The position numbers and the translations under genes were made by a program. Positions 48,901 through 60,900 of a stretch of DNA of 63,443 nt are shown one piece after another. The stretch is from contig NMRA01000263.1 of the NCBI GenBank assembly GCA_002633005.1, positions 126,824 to 190,266 of the forward strand, in the 5' to 3' direction. Position 1 is the first letter of the stretch, and every line of letters starts with the position of its first letter. A model generated the notes under the pieces. It saw only the letters and a program-made list of their open reading frames with translations, had not been told where the DNA came from and searched no databases. This DNA comes from Phoronis australis (lineage: Eukaryota; Animalia; Phoronida).

Positions 48901-51900
48901 TTCTCTGGTCTCTCTCCGGTGTGGCTAGGTGTGACCGTAACCAGAGACAGACCGGAGAGTGAGGCGTGAGTCGACCGTGACGACTAGCATGAGCGCAAGC
49001 GTGACTGCCCGGAGCTTAACGTGAGTTGGGCGTGAACGAAGCGCAAGGGGACCGTGAGCCAGGCTTTAGTCAGGCGTGAGCCATGCGTGAGTTTCCGTGC
49101 CTTCTTTACAGTCAGGACAATTTTATTTGCTATTCTCACTCGTTACCGCAAATAGAACAAAGTGCTGTGTCGCATTTTAAGAAACGTTTCTCACTGCTAG
49201 AATCATCTAGTAAACAACTGTAAGAACTTCGACAACATTGGCAAAAAAATTCCCTACAGTGCTTGCAGTATATATGGTACTGGTCAGCTATCTCAAGGCA
49301 ACTATTCTATATAACCATTACCCAATATAGTTTACTATATGGTTCATTAAAGCGTGTGGATGCACTACTTACTGAACTGGAGGCCAAAGCATCAAGACGC
49401 GGTAAGTGAGTAATACTGTATATGTTGCAGAAATATATCATGAATATGTAACAAAAGTTACTGACACAGTTAATTATTCTCCTGTAGGGGTTATCAGTTC
49501 ATTCACGTCTCCAAATCACTGTATAGGTCTTGCCATTGACTTTCATCTTTACTGAACCATCTGTGGACTAGGCAGCTTGAATCTTTCCATTTTGTTTCAG
49601 CTGTCGACATTGAAAGAGTAGTTTGCTTTGCTTTTTTGTGGTATTTGTTGACTAAAGTGCTGCAGCCTATTTCTTTTATTAGAAAATTCTTGACGCGTGT
49701 TGTAGGTAGTAAATTTAACAACAATTCTGTCTCCAAGTCGATGAGTGCGGTAAAGATCTTTTTCCGTGATGACGTTATTTAGGTTAAGTTTGTTAACAAT
49801 GTCCATTACATGCTTATCTGTATTGTCGTTCTCCGTTTTCTCGACGCCAGTAACCAGTCAACAATTCCGACGGGAATACTGTTCTAGAATTCATCTAATT
49901 TCATCATTAGGCTATGATTTTTTTCATTTGGTTAGATTTCTCACGAAGCTGTGACACTTCGAAGTTTAGCTCGTCAATTTCCTAGATTTTTTAGACATTA
50001 CTTCTTAATTTTTTCTTGGATTTTGTTCAAAAATTCTTCCAAAGTTTTTGAAAGTAGTACGCCCAGAATCATTTGTTGTAACTTGTCTCTGAAGGCGTCT
50101 GATTCCAACGTAACAAATAGAGCTGCTTCTTCTTCTTTAGTCAGCATTGTGTGTCAATTTGCAGTATCCGTGTTTGTAAGAATAAGACCAAACTATGATA
50201 TTTCCCGCCATTGTTGTACAAGACTGGTAAAACGTGGTGTACTGCACAAGTTAAAAAAACATTTCCTCAACATGTTCTTTTGATTTATAAATCTGGCATT
50301 TTACCACATTTTACTCATGCTGTAACACGCTGGTGTTTCCACAACTGCCATAGGCTACAAGTTTTACAAAAATGTGCTGTTCAAAGTATACCTCATCATA
50401 CTTGCTCTCTCAAACTGACCTGTTATTTTGGTCTCTGAATCATCTTTCCTTAAATGACATTTTTCAATTTTCCTGTTTAAAATTTCTTTCCCCATATTTC
50501 TCAGATTTTCATAATGATATCAATCTTGATTCATCCAAACGATAAAAATGTCTTCTTCCAAACCTCATTAATTGTTAGTTAATAATATATTATTCCACAA
50601 ACCATTATTGAAAAGATATTTTACTCACTCCATTCACACCTTCTCCTCAGCCACAAAAATTCACCTGTTACAAAACTATCAAGAAAAGTGCTCAATATCA
50701 AACTGCAGAATCTATGAATCTCATCATCACTAAACTTTAAAGATTTTAAAAGTATTAGAGACGTGTCTTTCCTATCACCCCTGATTCTTGTTTTCCTGCA
50801 CTGTGTAATTAAGTTCAATCATATAGTTTTGTCTGCCTAGCCATTTTATTCTTTATTTTTAGTTTCTTTTAATTTACTTTGTTATGTGGTTTTTCTTATA
50901 GTATAATATAATGCATAACGTATTCATTCTCTTTGTTTCCTTTTTGAGCCAACCATATTAAAGTTTAGGTTATACAATTCTTAATTATGTACCTTATTTT
51001 AGTTTCTCCCATTACTACACCGGTAGTTTATATTGTAATCCCTTTACATTTGTCCCTGTACATGTTCACATTTTACATTGATAAATAATCATTTTGTTGA
51101 TACTCAACACAGGTTAATATAAAAGTAAATAAATTTTTAACACGGATACTTAGTTCATTTTTGACTAACTACATGTTTAGGTATAGGTGGCTTTTATCTT
51201 AGCAGCTCCTTGCCTTGTTTTGATATTTCTAAAGTAGTCAATCACTATTATACGCATAGTCTTAGTAAAACCTTAGTTTAGTTGCTAAATAAACTATCTG
51301 TCTATCTGTCTACCTATCTATCTATCTATCTATCTACCTATCTATCTTTACTCTCTAGTGCCTTGAGGGTGACACCCCGGGTATATGAGAGAATTTTGAC
51401 TTTCAAAGTCCAAATTCAAGTTTGCCATTTTCACTGAAATGGCAACCGCGTGTCCGCGTTCCTATAAAACGATACCAAAAACTATAAATGAAAATAGACC
51501 AACTGCCAGAAAAATACAACTTCAAAAGTGACAATCAAATCACGTCTAACTGGTACACATTCTGTACTTCTTTCTGTGCGGGTGTTTCAGTCTGTATGAT
51601 TCGGCCATTCGGAAAATAAAACCAAGTCAAGGTTTTAGGGATAATAATACAATATTTGGTTTCATTTCATTTCATTTTGATTGATTTGATAATTGATGTT
51701 CACTTCTTTTAGGGGTAGTTGTATAATAAAGCTACATTATCACAATTTAAAAGATTTTAAATTTTTTGAAAAATTGCACATTCAGTTGTACCCACTATAA
51801 TTCCAAATCAAATATTTGTTATCAAGTGTATCCTTTGATTGCTCTGCCTTTTGTCATCCACCAGCGTGTCAATTTGTAATGCTATTATTATAATGGGTAT

Positions 51901-54900
51901 CTTGTCGCCTATCTTAATTACTTATCATTATTGGTTCTCTGTTTAATGTAAGCTTTATTAAACCTCGCGCTTGCATATTTTCTATGATTATTTAGCACTC
52001 TTAGCACTGTATCAAAATTATTATTCACGGAGATGATTAAACTGTCAGATATTTTAGGTGAAATTACTTCTGAATCTTGCTGCGTATTTACTAAATCCCT
52101 AACTGGTCTTGTATTTGGTAAACTACGGTGTAAATTGTATGCGAACTTTTCTCTTGGTCGGGTTTTTGAACTGTAATTCACCCTCAGGATTCACCACCAG
52201 TAATTTGTCTACAGAATAGAATCGTGTAAACTTTGATACGTATTTGGCAATGACAGCGACGATTCCATTTGATTTCACTTTCGATCAGGTAACCTTCAGT
52301 AACAGAATTTTGAACAAAATAATTAACAACTGAACCTGCGATTGGCCTGCTCGACCAAGTATGCGTTTATATGGCTTTTCAAGAAGCAACATCAACATCT
52401 TGAAGGAATCAGTTGTCAATGTATACAATGAGAGGCTGAAGTCAGTGACACCTGTTGTGTGGCATGCAGCAATAGCCCCATTGTACAAGTTATTTCTGTT
52501 GACACATGAAGACAGTTCCTGGATCCCTTTCATAAAAGCAAAGATTTTATAGTTACCAGTATCTTTGATAAAAGTGACTAAAAGACAGAATCTCAGTCTT
52601 ACGCTCTCATTTCATGATTGCTGATATAAAGTTTAAGTCAAGTAATTATTAGCTCATCACTGTCGAAAACTAATGTACAAAAAATTCTCAGTAAGTAGCA
52701 GTGACGTGTATTTTCTCATATAATTTTGCTCAGGTGAGTTTGAACTATTTTTCGGTACCTGGAGCGAAAGGCCAAATTCCTTTCTCAAATCTTAAGTCAC
52801 TTCATGAAACATAACGCCATTTTGCTTTTGAAATAAACATATAAAAATGTTGACACACGTGTGCATGAGGGAAGAATTCAATTGTCTTCACAATAAGCCA
52901 GAGCGTATCGAATGAATTCTTCGCCCATTAATCCCAAATTCGGGCATAATGGGGAGAAAGTGAACTCGACCATTCGATGATTCAGACAGGTAGACTACGT
53001 GGGCCTGAAATACTATGGGCATATTTTTATTAGCCCGGCGCACCATCTTGGTATGTTATCACAGCTACCAAAGGCGTGAGACAAACGTGAGGGAAGCACG
53101 AGAAAAGCATGAGAAAGGCGTTAACCAAACCGGAGGCAAGCGTGAGAGCTACCCGGAGAATAGGCGTGAGACGACCGTGACTGATTTCTCTCACGCCTGC
53201 GTTTCGGTGACACTCCGGTCTGGCCAGGCATGAGGTAGACCAGAGGAAGTCTAATAATTCAGTGGCTGTACTGTATGTTAATAGTAAAAGTTTTGTTCTG
53301 AGCCCTGGGCAATAGCAGTTTTGTTATCAGTCCTGGGTAAATTCAGGTAAATGTAGTAGACAACAGTTTAAATTAATTTTGCTTCGTGCTATAATCAGGA
53401 AAGGTACAGTAGTTTTCAGAATGAACTTGACAACATCGAAATTCGGCAAAAGTTTCGCTGCTCAAAATTGTGACTAAATTTCCATTTGTTTTTTGACAGG
53501 AATCCATTTCAGTTCTGGCGAGGTCTAGACAACATTTCCACAGGTGTTGCCCCACACGCATCGAAATGGTGGCTAGGCACATTCATGTCATATCATATTC
53601 ATCAAAAGTTTGACAAGAACACTATCTTGTTGCACCAAAATTTCAACTGAAGTATCATTAAGAAGAAGTTTATCCAAGTTTTAATAACAAAATCTGGCCG
53701 AGTTCTGTCAAAATTTATTTTAAAACTGCTGCACCATGAGTTTGTTTTTGAGGGTTCGTCTTAAAATATGGGTTTGCTCAGCTATTGAGTGAATGTATGA
53801 TGTAGTTGTTTAATTGCCAAATTGCCAAAGTAAGCTAACTCAATACAAACTTCATTTTTGATTGTTAACATCATTACGGTAAAAAGTAATCAATTGAATT
53901 ATTCAATCCAATGGTGAGGTTGCGGGAATATGTAAACACAGCAATAGCCGCCCACCTTTGTCCACTTATGTTGGTTGTGCATGCGAAAACATTGAGATGG
54001 TTTTACTATTTACCTGGAGCACTTGTAATGCAGATCAATGATATATGGAGAACCAACTAGTAAAAGTGCCTGTCGGTGATAATAGTGAACTTTTAAATGC
54101 CGTCAAATTGCATTTACCATCCCTTAGCTTTATCTTATCATCATTTGTGCTTACTGAAGCTTCTGATTGTGTTGTTGATCATAAATGTTATGTGAGAGTG
54201 ACTACTACATCTACATTGTCTGTTTGAAGCAATCAAACATTTGTATGAATTTAACATAATCTAAGAGTGGGCTCAAAATCTTGGTGTTATGGATATACCA
54301 CAATGTGCAACAGTCGTTCCCCTCCCCAGGTCCCATGTTGATAGCATGGCTGTACATGGCAACAATGTCAGTGAAATCTCACAAACTCATAGTAGGTAAT
54401 CTGTTGCCAGTGCTGGCATATGTATATTGGCTCTGAGCTTGTATGACTTCTCAATAGTGACTACTGCCTAACTGTGTTTGTTGGAACGCTCCATTGCTGA
54501 TGATGGTGTTCAGGGCTATGCCTGTCACACACTGGGGCCACTTAATGGTGCTCTAACGAAGAAGTCGTAAGGACTTCTGTCCCTGTCACCTGCAGCACAA
54601 GACAAAAGTAATCAGACAAATTATGGTTTCCCTGTCATGACTGCAAATTCTGTTAACAAAAAATTGCTGGTTATAAATCCAAAATTCTAATTACAGAATG
54701 GCTTAATCACCAGACTAACCTTTTTGTTAATTAACCTTCGTTCTCAGTCGTGAGAAAATAGTATTCTGACGATGAATTCGGCTTCTGCCCAGCTGCTATG
54801 ACAGGGAATTCTAGCTAATTTTCTCTAAATATTTTTGGCTTGCACAGTATGCAGTTGGGATGGAAACAGTGTTCACACAATGTTGCATGAAGATGGCCAT

Positions 54901-57900
54901 CAATGTTTGTCTGTTTACTTCAGATGATCCCTTGCCAACTACGTGATGCCATGTTCTTACTGCATGAAAATGGTAGCATCACCATGAGAGTACGTCGTCG
55001 AGGGATGGCTAGTGGCTTGAATGGGGCTGACCAAGGGTTTGGCAGTCAAGGTAATGAGGGATGGCTAGTGGCTTGAATAGGGCTGACCAAGGGTTTGGCA
55101 GTCAAGGTAATGAGGGATGGCTAGTGGCTTGAATAGGGCTGACCAAGGGTTTGGCAGTCAAGGTAGCGTAAAAGCATAATTTTCAAAGACAAATCATTTG
55201 AAAGTGAACTCTTTTCTTTCACCTATATATTATTGATTGTCTATCTGACTCCAATCACTGTGTGAAGTGTTGTATAAGTGTTACTTAAAGTTCTATAATA
55301 GGACCTTAATATTTACAAGTCTGCACACTTAGCCAAATATCTGCTTGGCATTTCATGTTCAACAAATGCTTTCACAATTCTTTTTTGATAGACGAGCTGT
55401 CTTCGGTCGCTTCTTACGACATGATGTATGACACCAGGTGTCAGTCAGATGCAGTGCGTATCACTAAACACAGCCGCGTGTTCGGTATGGTGGCTAACCC
55501 GGTGAGTGAGACATCTGTGGCTCTCATTGTCAGCGACAGCCGTGTGCTTGTCTGGGAACTCAAGACCATTGACTATCAGGTATATAGCACCTTTGCTTGT
55601 ATTGTGTTACTGAAACATTGACTATGAGGTATATAGCACCTTTGCTGGTACTGTGTTACTGAACCATTGACTATCAGGTATACAAAACCATTGCTGGTGT
55701 CTTATTTCCCTATTGTAAAAGTACTCTCTTATGACTTTGCAACTTGGCACAGCTAAAAGTTTCCAATCTGTAGTTTTGTCTTTTCTCCATAAATTATTCA
55801 TAATTTTGTATAAAAGGGATTTGGTATGAAAATGGATTAGTTGGCAACAAAAGGAATTACTTGGTAACAAAAGGAATTATTTGGTAAAACAAAAAGGATT
55901 ATTTCAGTGGGATTTTATGATTCAGTAGCAAAAGGGGCTATTACACTTTGAGTAAGTGACTTCTTGTTCACTCCAACACTTTCAGCAGAAGTTAAGTAAT
56001 GTGGTGTCTTGGATTGATTTTGTTTATTTATTGATTAATGTAATATTTACAATGAGGTAGCCCCATCAGTTCACACTGCTTTCCATGGGGGGCCCTCAGT
56101 AAAAACAAACAGACAGTAAGACAAAAACAGAATTACAAAATGAAAGACAAATTTTAGTAATAAGCAAAGAATAAGAAATTAACACGGAAAGACTGATGAA
56201 GCAAAATAAAAAATAAAATATAATAAATAGAAGATAAAGAAATTAAGACAAGAAAATTATTAACTAAAATATAAATATGAATATAAAAAACAGACAATGG
56301 ATAATTAATAAAAGTAAGACATCATAAAAATAACAAATGTATAAAAATGCAAGTCTTACACACTACATGAAGTTAAATCTGACTATTTCTTATAATTCTT
56401 TTAAAGGTTAGAAAGGATGATGTAGATTTGGCATCTGCAGGGAGAGAGTTCCATAAAAATGGCTCGCTGTAGGAAAATGATTTTTTCCCAGTCTCGCTTC
56501 TGTGTTTAGGAAGATTGAAATCAGATGATGATGAGGACCTAGTATTGTAGCGAAAACTTAGCACATAAGTAAGATGGGACAAGACCTTTAAAACATTTGT
56601 ACATACAACAAGCAGATAGGAATTGATGTCTTGTTTAATACCAGTGAAAAGTTGTTGTCCAGTCTTGCTTTGTCATATGTTTTCTTTGTGGGTATAATGA
56701 CGAAGGTTTATTAATGAAGTCAAAATAGAAAAATGTTGAATAATCCAATTTTAAAGGAATCTATTTTCAAGTTGCTTCACATTTCTTTCCGTTCATCTTG
56801 TTAGGACAACATGGCCGTCCTGTCGTCGTCACAGACTCTACAATCACCTCTATACACACCCGGCTTCACTACTACCAGTTCTGCAGACCAACCACAGTTT
56901 GACTTCAATGAGATGGCCAGTGACACACTACCTTTAACATGTCCCTTGCCATACCCAAAGCACACTCTCTCTGACCTTATTGAACATACTCAGCAATTTG
57001 TCCAAGAGAACAAACATGAAGGTTGTCGCCATGGTGTTCTGCTCAAGTTTCTGTTGACGGGAATGATCAATGGAGTTGCTCCCCCGCCGCTCGTCATCCG
57101 TATGTGCCCCCCATTGACCACAAAGAATTGGCAAAACTACCAACCCATGTTAGCCTTAGGTAAGTTAGACAAAACTACCAACCCATGTTAGCCTTAGGTA
57201 AGTTAGACAAAACTACCAACCCATGTTAGCCTTAGGTAAGTTAGACAAAACTACCAACCCATGTTAGCCTTAGGTAAGTTAGACAATGTGTGATGTATGG
57301 AATGTAATGAGTTATTAAACCAACCTTGACTTAATGTTACTTGTATGGCAAGGCAGCTGGCATTTCATATTCAGTTCAATGTACTTGAAATTTGCTCACA
57401 TTAAGTTCGAGCTATTGTTTTTGGTTAAAATTGCAGTTTACATTTTATTGTCTTTAGAGAAGATACGTCATTTGAGTGAGATGTCTGTTTAGAGCAAGCT
57501 GATGAAGTTCTGTGTAACAAAATACATGTAACCTCTATAAGCATCGCAGGTCGCAGACTTCCTCAGTCTATAAATGGCGCAGACTTCCCTTCTCCAACTT
57601 CTTACAATATTGTTTGCCATGTTGATGGGTTACACATTTTGACCATTTGAAATTCATAATTTAGCTTCACTGACATAATGAGGGTTTACATTAAATTAGT
57701 CAACTGTGCATTATTTTGAATGTGTGTTGCTCCTCATCTGTTATTTCCAGTGTGTGTTTTAGCTTCCATAACTGTGATCATACACATGATAAAGTTTAAG
57801 TACTGAGGTGTGTTTGTGGGTTCATTTGACGTCTTCGTTATTTATTGATCTCATTTACAGGCACCTCAACTGGCTTGGTTCAAGTTTACAATTTGAGTAG

Positions 57901-60900
57901 TGGTCAACTGTGGCGTGAGTACAGTGTTCACTCATGTCAAGTGAGGTATGTTGAAGTATCATCCCTGGTTGGTAACACGCACATGATCACATCTATATTT
58001 GGGGTTCATTCACCTTATTGTGGGACAATGAACGTATCTTGTAGATAATATCCCACATTCTGTAGCTACTGGTGCCTGGGTTATGTCTCCTACTGTACTG
58101 TTGCCTGGTTATGTCCCCTGCTCTACTGTTGCCTGGGTTATGTCTCCTACTGTACTGTTGCCTGGTTATGTCCCCTGCTCTACTGTTGCCTGGGTTATGT
58201 CTCCTACTCTACTGTTGCCTGGGTTATGTCCCCTGCTCTACTATTGTCTGGGTTATATTCCCTGCTCTACTGTTTCCTGGGTTATGTCCCCTACTCTTCT
58301 GTTACATCCATAGCAGAATTTCAGTAATACATCAGTGTAACTGTGCTTTTTACCCAGAGTTGATACTTTCACTTCCAATAGTGGGCGCTTTCTTGATAAT
58401 CTTGTACTTTTCTGTCCAATCTTGACTTTTAATGTAATATATGTTGGCACACTTACAGGGGTATTGAGTGGGTGAGTCTGCAGAGTTTCTTGTCATTTGG
58501 CTACCCCGCTAACAGCAGCAGTGGTCTGGTGAAGAATGAACTAGTGTTGGTCAACCTACAAACAGGTGAGTAGATTATAGTGAAATAGTGCTGTTCAATG
58601 TATAGACAGGTGAGTAGATTGTAGTGAACTAGTGTTGATCAATCTACAGACAGGTGAGTAGATTATGGTGAACTAGTGTTGGTCAATGTACAGACAGGTG
58701 CGTAGATTATAGTGAACTAGTGTTGATCAATCTACAGACAGGTGAGTAGATTATAGTGAAATAGTGTTGTTCAATGTACAGACAGGTGAGTAGATTGTAG
58801 TGAACTAGTGTTGATCAATCTACAGACAGGTGAGTAGATTATGGTGAACTAGTGTTGGTCAATGTACAGACAGGTGCGTGGATTATAGTGAACTAGTGTT
58901 GATCAATCTACAGACAGGTGAGTAGATTATTTTGAACTAGTGTTGGTCAATCTACAGACAGGTGAGTAGATTATAGTGAACTAGTGTTGGTCAATCTACA
59001 GACAGGTGAGTAGATTATAGTGAACTAGTGCTGATCAATCTACAGACAGGTGAGTAGCTTTAGTTAGAGAAAGGCTGTGTAACACAGTCCTGTTTTCGTT
59101 GAGTTATAAGGAACTAGTGTTGGTATGTCTACAGAGTGAGCAGGTTATAATTAGAGAAAGGCTGGCTGCATAGGTAACACAGGCCTGTTTCCATGGAGTT
59201 GTAATGAACTAGTGTTGGTGAATCTACAGATAGTTCGGCAGAGCAGTTCTATAGCCAAAATCGCATGCTCTCATTGAAAATACATGGCAACATCTTGCGT
59301 AATCTATTGGTCTACCAACCTCTAGCCGTATTAACGTTGAACTTGACACATCATTTGGTGAGTCATTTCTCTGTCTTCTAGCATTGTAGCATTCTTAGTA
59401 TACGGCACACTCACGGTGGTCAATGATTTGCTCTTATTTAGATTTTTTTTTCCGGACAAAGTGGGATTTAAATTGGAGACCTTTCGATTGTGTTACCACT
59501 TCACCACTGGGTCTTAGAAATAGACCAATAGACTGAAGCTACTTGAGGAAGTTAGCATTGCGTGTAAACATTGTAGAAGTCAGTTCACTATAATAGCAGC
59601 ATCATCTCAAAATACAATAATTGTATTTTGAGATGATGCTGCTGTGATTCTAAAGTTTACATATCCCTGATGATCATTGAATGGACTTAATAATGTCACG
59701 TGTTAGAGTTCTCATTTGTATTATTTTTGTAACATTTAGGTAAATGTACCAAGTATAGAGAACATAAAGATGAAGAGAGTCCAATAGAAATGATTCGAGT
59801 GTCTCATCTCAGGTAGTATAATCTTGGTGGATATGAAATTTAATTTGGATTAGTTTGATAAAAAGTGCCATCAGTCAACTGATATTTTTGTTAGTTGGAG
59901 CAAGAGATGAGAACTGTTGTACTAATTCAGGCTTGGTAATAGTTATCAAAATAATCTGAAGCATTTTGTGAAATTTGAATGGAGTCGTGGAGAAAATTAC
60001 GAAGAAAATGGAACATAAGTTTCAAATCAATTTTGAATTTTAAATTTTGTTGGCAAAGTTGAAGAACCTGTGTCAGAGTAGATGAATGACCTACATAGAG
60101 GTAGAGAACAGTTTACGTAAAGGGCAAGGTTAATGGCGGGGATGTTGGAAAATTCTGTTGAAAATTTTTTGCTGATTGTCTATAGTAAGTTTCAGGACAG
60201 TTAGAAATTATTTTTCAAACAATGTGACAAAGCGCTGAATATCACTCACGTAGTGTGAACATTCTATTTTGGCAGCATAGTACCAAAGCGTTTGTTATCT
60301 CTGGAACCCGTGTGAACATTCTATAATTGTGCATGTATCCTTTGTTGTTTATAGACAGTACTTCGTCGTGACTTTCAAGGATAAGCCATTTGAATTGTGG
60401 GACCTGCGACAGCGTAGCTTGCTGCGTGAAATGCCACGCAACTTTCCCCACGTGACGGCTGTTGTAAGCATGCTCTTTATGAAGTTGCTGGAACCATTTG
60501 TAACACATGGTGTTCTCAGACTCAGTTAACTCTCTGTAACACATGGCGTTTTCAGACTCTGTTACCTCTCTGTAGCACATGATGTTCTTAGGCTCAGTTA
60601 ACTGTGATATTGACCTATTATCACTTTATTCGCACAGAATTCAGCAGTTTTGTGTTGTTTTTTTTTTTTTAATTTGAAGTACAGTATTTTCTTTACAGCA
60701 ATGTTATTGAGTGTCAGTTGTTCCAAGTTGTATAAAATAATAGTTCAGTGCAAGTCATGATTGTTTTCAGGAATGGTCTCCATCACACAACATGAAGTCT
60801 TTAAAGAAGAAGCAGGACTCAGTGACCAGTTCTAACTCCCAAACAGACACCACTCAGCACTCTGAAGCTCTCATTAGGCAAAAGTAAGTGCGTGAAATAC

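Larger units (their letters stand above)
48880..53268. mobile_element. 4.4-kb TA-flanked TIR element in WDR11 intron 8 with phased CGTGA subterminal arrays and cargo
   Basis: TA|CAGTCACTGATTTATTAGACTTTCTCTGGTCT ... AGACCAGAGGAAGTCTAATAATTCAGTGGCTG|TA (about 32-bp TIR, 3 mismatches); no transposase ORF seen. Confidence 0.82.
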
